A stretch of 64,000 nt of DNA from Octopus sinensis. Taxonomy: Eukaryota. The position numbers and the translations under genes are program-made. The notes under the pieces were generated by a model. That model did no database searches and was not told the origin of the DNA. It saw only the letters and a program-made list of their open reading frames with translations. This document shows, in pieces, positions 42,342-54,905 of this stretch (position 1 is its first letter; every line of letters starts with the position of its first letter). Where the stretch lies: NCBI RefSeq assembly GCF_006345805.1, contig NC_043002.1:105090001-105154000 (forward strand). The letters are read 5' to 3'.

Positions 42342-42847
42342 AAGCCAAATGGAGCAATAACCGCCTACGTCAGAACTTCACTTGCACACAAACACCTTCA
42401 AAGCGAAAAGGAATATAAAAACGCCTTTGGCTGAAAGTTTTCTCAACAGAACATGTTTTGTATGGATTTTATTTTTTATTTTTCAAAATATTTGCATAAC
42501 ATCATACTAAAAGTAACGTTATGTGTATTCAATAACGAAAACATTATTACAGGACATTTTGACTTTCAAAAATATACAAAGTTTAAATTACATAATTAAG
42601 AAACTAATAATTTCATTATTTTTAATGAATTTAAAAAAAAAGTTTTTACTGTTACGTATTTTTAAAATCTAATTTTAACACAATGGTTCTGTCTTGCGTT
42701 GAATTTTGAACATTATTTTATGATTTGACCTGCTCTCACAGCTATATTTACTTGGCCACACACTTCACACACAGATACACGCACACACACAAACACGTAC
42801 ACACACACATACACACACATTACCGACACACTGAAATACACTTGCAC

Positions 42848-42881
<34 letters not shown>

Positions 42882-42939
42882 GTATGTATCTATGTATGTG
42901 TGTATATATGAATGTATATATGTATTTATGTATGTAGGT

Positions 42940-43394
42940 AGGTATGTATGAATGTATGTATGTTTGTATGTATATATGTATGTATGCATGTATGTATGTA
43001 TATATGCATGTATGTATTTATGCATGCATGTATGTATGTATGTATGTATGTATGTATGTATGTATGTATGTATGTATGTATGTATGCATGTATGTATGTA
43101 TGTATGTATGCATGTATGTATGTATATATGCATGTATGTATTTATGCATGCATGTATGTATGTATGTATGTATGTATGTATGTATGTATGTATGTATGTA
43201 TGTATGTATGTATATATGCATGTATGTATTTATGCATGCATGTATGTATGTATGTATGTATGTATGTATGTATGTATGTATGTATATATGCATGTATGTA
43301 TTTATGCATGCATGTATGTATGTATGTATGTATGTATGCATGTATGTATGCATGTATGTATGTATGTATGTATGTATGTATGTATGTATGTATG

Positions 43395-43428
<34 letters not shown>

Positions 43429-43478
43429 TGTATGTATGTATGTATTTATGCATGCATGTATGTATGTATGTATGTATG

Positions 43479-43509
<31 letters not shown>

Positions 43510-43579
43510 ATATGCATGTATGTATGTATGCATGCATGTATGTATGTATGTATGCATGTATGTATGTATGTATGTATGC

Positions 43580-43612
<33 letters not shown>

Positions 43613-43692
43613 TATATGCATGTATGTATTTATGCATGCATGTATGTATGTATGTATGTATGTATGCATGTATGTATGTAGGTATGTATGTA
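42940..43692. repeat. 750-bp (ATGT)n array with recurring variant blocks
   Basis: Visible directly. Accounts for the MYVC ORFs. Confidence 0.95.
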
Positions 43693-43697
43693 TAATT

Positions 43698-44065
43698 ATA
43701 CTTGTTTTAGTCATTGGACTGCAGCCATTTGTGGGGCACTTCTTTTAGGGATTTAATCTACCAAAGCGCTCCCAAAAACATATTTTTTTTACACCACGGT
43801 ACTTACTCTACCAGTCTCATTTGTCTAATCGCTACGTTACGGTGACGTAAACATCGTTGCCAAGCGGAGATTTGTGACAAATGCACACACACACACATAT
43901 ATTATATGAAGGGCTTCATTTAGTTTGTTTCAGTCTACTATTTCCACTGACAAGGCTTTGGTTGCTTTTTGTTGAATACACTGGCCCAAGGTGCGACGCA
44001 CTGGAAGTGGACCTGCATGCAACCCTGTTGTTGGGAAGCAATCTCCTCACAACACAGTCACACAA
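43698..44065 (-). mobile_element. Diverged CORE-type SINE
   Basis: Reverse-strand GCACCTTGGGCCAGTGT, CCAAAGCCTTGTCAGTGG and tail CAGTCCAATGACTAAAACAAG. Confidence 0.7.
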
Positions 44066-44524
44066 GCACCCCCGACACAACCACGCCTGCACCTACAAAG
44101 GTTTATTTTCTCATATCGGAATGTCCCCTCTGCCTGAGCTTGGATGTACGAAGGCAGTTCCTTCTCTTTTTTCATTGATTGTAGACACTTCAACGGTTCC
44201 TTTGTCCTCAGCAATGTTCTGAGAAACGAAGTTAGGGCCTAATATTGTCTCCTTTATTGCGCTTTTCGCTTGGGACTCGCGCATTTGTACATGCTGTTTG
44301 TGTGAGGGGTTTCACTTGGAACATCACCATTTTTTCAGAATGATGTCAAGTTTATCTAATCTCATACACGTCTTCACACACATTATACACACAATGAAAT
44401 ACACGCGCACATATATTTATATATATGTGATCCCTTAAGCACCACCAACATGTGATCCCTTAAGCACCACCAGCTCAAATATTGTCTCCTCTGTCTTCCC
44501 TCCTTGGGATCTTTCCTTCTCCTT

Positions 44525-44559
44525 GTTTCCGACGAAGAGCTCCGCTCGAAACGTTAAAC
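44525..44559 (+). ncRNA. Minimal type I hammerhead-like motif (CCGACGA core) within a short PLE-like cassette 44425-44673
   Basis: GUUU-CCGACGA-A-GAGC(UCC)GCUC-GAAA-CG-UU-AAAC. Stems I and II have 4 bp each, and helix III is the ACGU palindrome. The cassette ends at (TA)n 44674. Confidence 0.6.
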
Positions 44560-44696
44560 CCTCCTTCCCTTCTTTCCTGAGCGTCAATATACTTTAATTG
44601 TTCCACGTCCTGCGTTGCTGTGTGTTTTTCTCTTTTTTTCTCTTTTTTTCTGTGTTTTCTTGTTTGGATTAACTATATATATATATATTATATATA

Positions 44697-44727
<31 letters not shown>

Positions 44728-44926
44728 ATATATTTATAATCTCACTCTTTTTCGCTCTATTTGATCTCAAGATCTAATAAATCCATGGTATTTAGTACTA
44801 CGGATTAACTAGAGTGATTCTATGTGGGAACACTTCCAGTTTCTCGACATATGAATTGCGCTACGTATTTCTTTCGTTCTGGATTGTGACTACATGTGAG
44901 ATTGGTTCGTAAATGGGGAGAGAGAC

Positions 44927-45577
44927 ACAGAAAGACAGACAGACAGAGACAGCTAAGGAATAAAGTCGGCACGAGGAAAGAACGAGGGGAGTTAAACGGA
45001 GAAAGTGAAGGGATGAGAGCGTGGTGGAGAGTAAAATAGTGTATGTGGGGGTAAAGAGAGAAGAGAAGGTAGAGTAAGTTGAGAGGGGAGAGCAAGTGAA
45101 GGAGGGAGAGGAGGGGAGAGTAAGTGGTTAAGAGAAGGTAATGAGAGGAAAGGGGTAGGTTGAAAGGGCGGAGTAGGTTGAGACAAGGTGAAAGTGAGAG
45201 GAAAAAGTGGATTGAAAGAGAGAGAGAGAGGGGTGAAATGGGAGGAGAGAAAGGTAGGGGAGAGAGTAAGTGAGGAGAAAGTAGAGAGGGGATAAAAGGG
45301 GAGAGGGGGAGCAGGTTGGATGTATAGCACGTGAAGGGGTGGGTTTGTGAGTTGAAGTAGAGTTGAAAGAGAGTAAGCGAGGAGGAGAGGAAACAACAGT
45401 TGAAAGAGAGAAAATGGAAGGATTAAGGTTTAGAAGGAATGGGGAGAGGAGAGGAGGGGTTGGTGGAAGGAAGGAGGGTCAGATGGGGGAGAGAGAGTTA
45501 AAAGAGTGAGTAGGGAAAAAAGGGTCAAAGAGAATAGGGAGGTTGCGGTGGCTGAAAGGAACGAAATATTCTACATT

Positions 45578-45612
<35 letters not shown>
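44927..45612 (+). repeat. Polypurine (A/G-rich) low-complexity tract
   Basis: The plus strand is predominantly A/G and ends in (GA)n. Confidence 0.8.
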
Positions 45613-45616
<4 letters not shown>

Positions 45617-46839
45617 CTGAGAAATACTGAGCGACTCGTGAAACATATATTGATTGAATTGTTCCTGCTGTTGATAAACATCGGTGTTATGAGATATTTT
45701 GGATGAGATGTTATATGCGGTTTAGATTTCGGAAAATCATATACGTATATATATATATATATATTTTATGTATATATATATATACATGCATGCATACAAA
45801 CATATATATGTATGTGTATATGTATATCTGCATACATATATGTATATATATATGTATATATATATATATATATATGTGTGTGTGGTGTGTGTGTGTGTGT
45901 GTATGTATGTATATATGGATGGATGGATGGATGTGCGTGTGTATGTGTGTCTGTATGTATGTATTGTAAGCATGTATGTATGTAAAATGTTTGAGAAATC
46001 TTTTATAAGCTCTTGCGATGCGTGAGAACAATATAAAGCCTATTTGTACACAGCGAAAGATATCAAATTAAATATCTTGTCATGTTTACCCAACGTTAAC
46101 GATATGCTGTAGTCACGTAAACACACCTACATATTTTAGGTGTAACCAAAACAAGAACAACGCCGCTTACCTGGATAATTTCTCATTTAATTACTAACAT
46201 AAATTAACAAAATTTGAAATGCATACGTTTTTTTCGAGTTATTACTCTAAGAGACGAAACGTAAACGAGAAATTTGAAATCATTTCCAATTTTTTTCGGA
46301 GTCACGAGGAGTCGGGCTGGAGGCCTTCGAGAATTCGATATAAGACATTCCGGCCTCGGGTTTTCGTCTAAGATTCTATGTTTTATACCAGGAACTGGCG
46401 GTGTCAACATTGAAGGCATCTATTTGTTCGGACTCTCCGATAAATTTCGATCAAGCCCTACATCGATCACAAAATTTGAATTCATATATTCTAGTTAGTA
46501 ACAATTCAGTTTAGACTTGTCTATGATGTCGTTTGTTCCTTCTTCATAAGCATGTATTGCATTAGTCAAAGGATACTAGAAAAAATATACAGAAATGAAT
46601 CACTTGCGAAGCTTTCTGTATCATTAAATGTTTGGTAGTAGGCATTTATCGTCATAAGGCCATTGATGGCAAAAACAATATTAAACTAAACGTTGTACTT
46701 CCTTCCCCGAGTCTTCGATATGCGTTTATAACACCTCTTCAGAATTTCACATGTAATGACACCTTCATTCTATCGTTTTCCTTTGAAGATGTCTTTTGGC
46801 AATTACAAGGTTTAGGATTTATCATTTATTATTGTTTAT

Positions 46840-47010
46840 TTATTGAATCATTAGAGTTCTGGACAAAATGTTTCGTTGCATTTCTTCCGGTTTTTTCGTT
46901 TGGTCTGTCTTCAAACTGTACCGAGATCGACTTTGGCTTTCGTTACTTCGAGATCGATAAAATAAATTCCAATCAAGTCGATGCAATCAATTTTCACCTT
47001 ACCTCAAAAT
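46840..47010 (+). mobile_element. Strongly diverged Nin(Deu)-type SINE
   Basis: GAATCATTAGAGTTCTGGACAAAATG..CGAGATCGACTTTGGCTTTCGTTACTTCGAGATCGATAAAATAA. Confidence 0.6.
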
Positions 47011-47441
47011 TGCTGCCCTTATGGACAAACATGTAGAGAGAATATATTCTGCCCCGTGATTTATTTATCGTACTTTCTCTAAAGGCGCTGCCCCAGCATG
47101 GCCACAGTCAAATGACTGAAACAAGTAAAAGAGAGTAAAAGAAAGAGAGTTGGGAAAAATTTAGTCTGTCATAGTAATGTAACACCGCGCCTTTGTCAAA
47201 CACTTAATTTTTTTTGTTTTTTCCACTTCAATATTTTGTCCAATCATGTCTTCGAAATTTAGAGGCATTTCTTGCCACCGTACTATCATGGTATTTTATA
47301 AACATTTTTCCAAATAAGTTTTTATTTATTTATCTATATATATGTTTGTCTATTTATTAGCTATTTTCTCCTTCCATCCTCCAAGTTCTATGTGTTGGCT
47401 TCCTTGAAGACAACAATTATTTTCAATAATGTTACTACTAC

Positions 47442-47502
<61 letters not shown>

Positions 47503-47807
47503 GCTGTTGTTGTTGTTGCTTAAACTGTCTGTACCATCTGTTTTCCAGCGTAAAAATGTAGCCACCTATATGATACCTTAATTCATGAAGACACTTCAGA
47601 CAGCTTACAAAATCTTTTTGTCACCTATTAAAATTATAGCCGCTCCTGTGCCTCTAATAGTTACGATTCACCATTTTCTTTTTCGCTCGTTGTCTATAAA
47701 ACATTTCAACCATAAAAATCAAAACCTTCACCATATATTTTCTCTTATCTTCAAATTATTTCCCAACTAAATATGACTAACAGAATTTTAATACTATCTC
47801 GCGTATT

Positions 47808-48015
47808 AAGGCAGTCGGACGGCAGGATCGTTAGCACGCCGGGCAACATGCTTAGCTGCTCTCCGTCCGCCTTTATGTTTTAAGTTCAAATCCGGAAGAG
47901 GTCGACTTTACATTCCATCCCTTCGGGGTCGATGAAATAAGTATTAGCTGAGCACTGTGGTCGATGTAATCCACTAGTCCCTTTCCCCACCCCCACTTGC
48001 TGGCATTGTGAAATC
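47808..48015 (+). mobile_element. tRNA/Nin(Deu)-type SINE
   Basis: GATCGTTAGCACGCCGGGC..AAGTTCAAATCC..GAGGTCGACTTTACATTCCATCCCTTCGGGGTCGAT. Confidence 0.8.
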
Positions 48016-51000
48016 AATAGTCTCTTCTCGTGCATCGGCTGCGACGGTCTCGAGGTGACACATTATCTAAAGGCTTAGTCCTGCCTGTTTGGGAAGGAAT
48101 GGAAGAAAAGAAGCGATCACTTGAAATATTTTGTTAAGTGTAGATTACAGTTTGAGTGAGGAATGTCCTGCTGATAGGTCATTAACACCACTACTTCCTG
48201 ATTCTGCTACAGCTTAACTTTAACGGATGCTACATAATGGAATTAAGAAATCGATATTTCATAACTATATCGTACATTTTATCTTTGGAAACACTTATCG
48301 GTTATTCCTTTGAAGTTGCTCTGTCACAAAGACGTGGGTGAGTATACAACGCACGAGATGTCAACCTTATGTCATATTAATATGATATTTCAAAACAAAT
48401 TGTTACTTTCGTCTCTTTTATGTGTTAACCATTAGTAAAACTATATTTCTGGATAAGAAAAAATATCTGTCTTCTAGAAATCGTTATGTTCATATTCTTC
48501 CTCTACTTTACTTTGACTAACTGCACTACAAGTTGATGTGTTTTTATTTGGGTCATTGACTTACTTTATAGCAGCAAACACAGGCCTCACTTCTCTTTTA
48601 TCAATTTAAGAACATAAGCTATATATTTCTATTGACTTTCCTGATCTCATTGATTGAGGAAGACGTTCGTGTGTGTCTCATAGTCAATACATTCAGATGC
48701 AACCAGACAAAGATGCTATAAATGTTACAGTTTGTTTGATGTTTTTACTGACTGTAAAATAACCAAAACTAAAATTTCGTTCAAGTCAAAGTTGAAACTT
48801 GTCAGAGAAAAGTCTATTAAAACAAATTCATTTAAGTTGGATGGTCTTCATTAATTGTGTTATATAGTGGGAAATGGGAATGTAAAGAAAATATCAAGAT
48901 AAATGAGACATGTCTCTATAGGTCTAAGATGTTTTTAGAAAATTGTGACAGATATCTGTCATGATTTGATGGGTTCATAAAGGCCGCTGTGAGTAAGACA
49001 GCCGTCCAGAATATAGGTATCTATCTCAGATCTCTTTCTAATAATGGGGAAAATTATAAAAAAAAGTAAGTGTAAATCGCACAATACACAATCAAACGGG
49101 TGGATTACATCTTTTTATGAACAAAATAATTCTAAAATACTTAAAGGAAAATGGGAATAGGTAACATCTGAGACAATGGAAGGATTGTTATTTCCAGTTA
49201 GTTGGGTCTCGCCGTTTTTAATGGATAAGATTGTGACTGTTAAATAAACTATCAACATAAAAGAAGAGCCGTGTGTCTTAACACACGAACAACTGAAATA
49301 TGGAAAATGCTGCATCAGTAGAATGTTTCTGATCAAAGTCTCCAGGTGAACTTTTGTACTGTGACATATCAATACTAGAAAGAGATGTTGGTAAATGTTT
49401 CACTAGTTCCACATATAAAGAAGAAATTAGCAGAACATTGCTGAAAATATTCTAAGATCAAAGAAAAGTGAGCTAAACTATTTTTCATTGATTCTGGATT
49501 GTATTTGGCATAAACCAGGGACAAAGTATGGCACTTGATATACAACTAATTGTTTGTGATAGGAAAACAATCCACATCATAAGGAACAGGTCCTAGTTCG
49601 AGTCACTCGCGGTTCTGTCTATTGTTGTATTCCTCTGTTTTTTGTAAATATTTCAGAAGTAACAGCATATCCGCAACATTACGTAAACATCTTATTCAAA
49701 GATTTGAAGCAGATACAAATCCACAAGACAGTCTTTGAAAATATTGCCCGCACTACCATACCTAGCAAAGTATGTGATTAATATTTCTTTACATTTGTCT
49801 AATATTTGAAATTATCTGATGTGATTGCATACATAGTTATAAACACGGTCGTATAGTTGTATATCAAACATAGAGGTTTCCATTCCAAAGATTTACGTAA
49901 TTAACAATGTAATTTTAATGCCTAGGCATGTTGGTGTGAACCAACTAAAAGTGCTTCACATGATCGTTCAACCCGCTAAAATTAGTACACACATATCCTT
50001 CAAGCTAAACCCTGCCGCCTAAAACGGATTAAGGCCACGTTACATGAAGTAATCCTAGAGACGGCAAAAAGCGGACTGGTTAAGGTTGCATTGTCTTTAG
50101 CCACAAACTCGCTCCATCAAGACTGGCCCTGGCCAAAAATATCGGCATGCACTTTATCCTATCCGTTGATATATCTATGCTTGGAAAATCCTGGTCTTCA
50201 TAAAGACTTCCTAGATGGATGCTTCGTTTCCACTCACTTGGAGTTCATTGCGCACACTTAAAATAAATTGAATGCGAGATGACTCAGTTAAAACTTTCCG
50301 CGAGCAATGATAATTTCCAATTTAAACTATGCGGTGGGGTGATCTGCTAGAAACTGCAGCCAACGAAACCAGTCAATAATTACTCTTTCCTTCAAAGAAT
50401 TACATGTTACACATTGTTCAGTTGTTGATTTTGGTGATGGTTCGTACCATATCCGCCCTACCGAAAAGGAGTCGATTGTAATAAAGACTGTTCAGACATG
50501 ATTATACCATATTTCATAGGCACAGTATAGCGAGGGCTACATAGTCCAATTTTCCCTTAATGAAAAAAGAAACACTCCAGTATGATTCGAAAAAGTAACT
50601 GGCTTTCATTTCTAGCCAGTCACGTGACCGTCCAGATGCTTCCTCGTCGTCTCAAGACCATTCTGTAATGATTAATGACGTCATTGTCCCCGTGAGCGAC
50701 AAAGAGGACAACTGTGTGGTTGGTTGGTTGGTTGGTTAATGGCTACTCTCTTCAGCTTCGGTTGTCAACAACAACGCTTCCTCTTGACTTATATGTATTT
50801 ATATAAGGAGATTCTCTGAAACGTTCAGGTGAACAATTGTCGTAAGTCTGACTTGTATACACATAACGTTGTCATTCTCTCTCTAAAACTAAATCATCTT
50901 GTCTTCCAGACGTGATATAGAAATGAAGTTGGCATAGAAACGGGATATATAGTGCCATTGAAGTATAATGAAAACGATATCATTTCTCATCGTCTCTCTT

Positions 51001-51206
51001 GGAAACAATGGTTCTCATAATGAGGAGAAAGAGAGAGAGAGAGAGAAAGAGAGAGACCTGATGCTATACAACTACCTAATTATCTATCTATTGGAGCGAA
51101 AACACACACACCACACACACGCGAACGCACACACTCACATACACTTATAAACTCACACTCATACACGTGCGCGCACTCCCGCATATATGTATGTATATAT
51201 ATATAT

Positions 51207-51271
<65 letters not shown>

Positions 51272-51453
51272 GCATAGAGAGAAACACATATATGTCAGTC
51301 TGTGTATATATGTATATATATATAAATATATATTTCAGTAAAACAATTAAGATTCAAGTGAATTCCAATGAATTCATATGAATATGGTACTTAACTTAGA
51401 TGCACCAGAAATCTTTATGGTATTAACCATAAAATAATGTGGGATGATTATAA

Positions 51454-51894
51454 ACAAGAAAAAAAACAACAAGAATGGATTAGTTGTTCAGTACAATTGT
51501 TTCATACGAAGAACAGATTTATTAAAAGCTGCAAATATTCTCTGAGAATAAAATCTCTCCTCATATCTCCGGAAATTACACCTGCATTATTATGGATGGA
51601 TTTACCTTTTCTGTGAAGCTAACAATCTTTTTTAAAAACCTTTTATAAAACTGTGCATCATTAGAAAACATTTTAAGTCTGCTTACAATCTAACTTTGCT
51701 TTTCATAGAACTCTCTTCGATACTTCATGAGTGTAGTCTCACGTCCTAGGATGTTTGGAAAACTCATATGTGTTTTGGCTGATGAATACGGGACACTTGT
51801 ATTCGCTGCAATATTTGCAGCTTTTAATAAATCTGTTCTTCGTATGAAACAATTGTACTGAACAATTAATCCATTCTTGTTGCTTTTTTCTTGT
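51454..51894. repeat. Inverted repeat (arms 51454-51539 and 51810-51894) around a 270-bp spacer
   Basis: GTTCAGTACAATTGTTTCATACGAAGAACAGATTTATTAAAAGCTGCAAATATT is present in both orientations. Confidence 0.9.
51774..51862 (+). ncRNA. Candidate type I hammerhead with canonical core and a long insertion in stem II
   Basis: UUUGG-CUGAUGA-AUACG[50 nt]CGUAU-GAAA-CAAUUG-UA-CUGAA. Confidence 0.5.
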
Positions 51895-51901
51895 GTATAT
51901 A

Positions 51902-51981
<80 letters not shown>

Positions 51982-51991
51982 TATATATATA

Positions 51992-52024
<33 letters not shown>

Positions 52025-52092
52025 AATATATATAATATATATAAATATATGTGTGTGTGTGTGTGTATATACATACATAGATACAGACAGAC

Positions 52093-52192
<100 letters not shown>

Positions 52193-53734
52193 GTGTGTAC
52201 CCTATAAAATCCATAATTCATAAACAAAAAATATTCCCTCATACATTTGTCGTTAGAATGGGCATAATAATGGTAATGTGCAGTATTATATATCCATTAC
52301 AGCAGATCTCAGCAATGGGTTTCGCACGAGGAGTTCAACAAGGTAACAATATGTTAAATAACAACCCGATTATGTAAGCTTGTGTTCTTCAGAGATGGCA
52401 CTTATACACGACAATATTGTGACCTTAGTGCTGGAGGTGGACGAGTACATCTTGTTTGTTGTTACTGGGAAAAAGTCGGCAATTGAGCACAGTCATCATA
52501 TGTGTTCTCGTACGACTGCTATCTCTAATGGGCACTAGGATGCATGATTAACTAACGCATCGTGGAAGCCCTAGTGCAAAACGAATAGGTAAAATCGATT
52601 GGTTTTATATTGGACAATTCGATTGGGATACACTTAATAATTGCAATTCTACAAAGAAATAAAACGTAACTACAATGGCTGGAATACGTTCGATTATTGT
52701 TCATCCTTTCCCGTAATGGTTGTGTATAAACAGCAATATCTGATATTATAGGTTCTATACATAAAGGAATTCAGGCGAGGCAATGCAATGCACCTCGTCA
52801 CTGGATTCAGCGCTCGGAGTAAAACTGACACTGTTTATTTATGTCCAGTTTCAATAAAGTTAGAAGTGAAACCATACAGATGAGACTCGATCCGCCGTTG
52901 TAGATTCGCAAATTTAAGGCAGTCAATTTGTGCGTTTTTTCTGTGGCAAATACATTTTAAAATCTTAAACTCCAACAGTTAATGACTGTTTAAAGTCGAT
53001 AGCTTTATCTCGCGGCAAAATGTCGAAATGCATGATTCTGCTGTGTTTGTTTTGATTTCGAGTTTAACAAGAAATGAAATAATTGTTGCCTTGTCAGCAG
53101 ATACCTCAAATGTGATTTTTGATGTCTCTTGCACTTTTGAAGATAACATCGGCGTTTGCGGTGCAGATAAGTGCAAGCTAACCATTTTTAGCTGGAACTC
53201 ACAATTTATTGCAATTTCTGTTAATAATCAAAGAAGGCAGCCAAATTGAACTTTCCAGGAAGAAATGTAAATTAGTAAACGGAGAATTTTAGAGCGAACT
53301 GCGGTGACGTTTGCATTCAATCTAGTGTCTGATCAAATTACAGCAACAAATATTTAAATTATTTCGCAGGAAATGTATTGCGCACGTAAGTATGAGTTCA
53401 TTATTGTCTGATAGAAGATCGATGAAGTTTTGAGGCGTGTAACTCTAATAGGATACGAAATGTTAATGAAAGTACTAAATCACCTGACAGCCATCAATAG
53501 CTGCCTGTCGAGACCAATAATGCCGGAAGTGAGCTACTCGAAGACTTGAGGCGCCATCTACCTGTAGCACTAATATTTCAAGTTGACATCTTTCTAACGA
53601 GTTCAGTAACACGCGATAATTCTGCTCTTGATATTAATAAATACACGGCCACACTAAAACATATACGCATACAAATAAGTATGTATGTATGTGAGTTTGT
53701 ATGTGCGTGTGTGTATAGATGTTTAAGTTCGTAC

Positions 53735-53768
<34 letters not shown>

Positions 53769-54469
53769 GTGTATGTATATATGGTGGCAAATATACAAAA
53801 CCTGGAGAGATTACGTCATTACATCTGCCATTTATAAACTTGATATTTTGTTTCTTTTCTAGCACCGACTGCTGACGACCAATCTATTATTACACCAATG
53901 GCCAGTGATAGCAGACATCTATCAACTGAACAAAGTATCCAGTAACAAAAATATCGAATAAAAATTGAACTCCATAATGATTGATGTAAAATATAAAATG
54001 ACCATTGGCTGGATATTGTATCAACAAATATATCAACAATTAGAAGTGTAGAGAGTGCGATAACAAAAAGAAAGAAAGTCAAATACATTGTGCATTGAAT
54101 GTCTCAACAAGGGAATTATATGTACTAGAGATTGAAAGCACCGAATAACTGATGGAATAATATTATTAATATTATCACGTTTCGAATTTTGCTCAATAGA
54201 AAATAGGTAAAGATGGCCGTTATTATAGAAAAAGATTATTAGTGGCGTACGGAAATAGTGGCCGAGTGCATTGGAAAGAATATTTGCCAGTGTTTCACTG
54301 TTTCATTAACATGTTTCATTAGAATGTTTGCATTGTGAGTTCGAATCCGATCGAGGTAATCATAACTTTTCTGCCCAGCGGGGGGCTGTTAAAGGGAAGC
54401 ATCAGTTAAGCATTATAATCAACTAACCCCCTTTCGTTAAATTTCATCTTCCGCCTGTTTTACAAATTC

Positions 54470-54617
54470 TTCTTCTTCGTCTTCGTCTTCTTTTTCTTCT
54501 TCTTCTTCTTCTTCTTCTTCTTCTTCTTCTTCTTCTTCTTCTTCTTCTTCTTCTTCTCTTCTTCTTCTCTTCTTCTTCTTCTTCTTCTTCTTCTTCTTCT
54601 TCTTCTTCTTCTTCTTC
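54470..54617. repeat. (CTT)n microsatellite
   Basis: Visible directly. Confidence 0.95.
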
Positions 54618-54640
54618 AGTCTTGAATACTATTATTATTA

Positions 54641-54905
54641 TTTCCTCGTTACACAGTGTAGGTAAAAACGCACAGGAGTCTGTAGTCATCTGTTAAGTCA
54701 CAAGGACCTCAGACAGATAATACCTTCCTTAAAATGTGCGCTATGCCCAAGAAGGCTCTTTTGCAAGACATCAATCTTGCGTGGGATTTCCAGTCGCCTT
54801 AAGAAGTCTTGAAGTTTCAATGGGATTGAGTCCAACGCTCCGATCACCACTGGTATCACTTTTACATTACACTCTCGCATTCCATACAGTCTTGCCAATT
54901 CCACT
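54641..54905 (-). mobile_element. 3' fragment of a second Dong/R4-type RLE LINE
   Basis: VKVIPVVIGALDSIPLKLQDFLRRLEI..LQKSLLG is the typical RLE C-terminus. The 3' end runs into (AAT)n and then (AAG)n. Confidence 0.75.
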
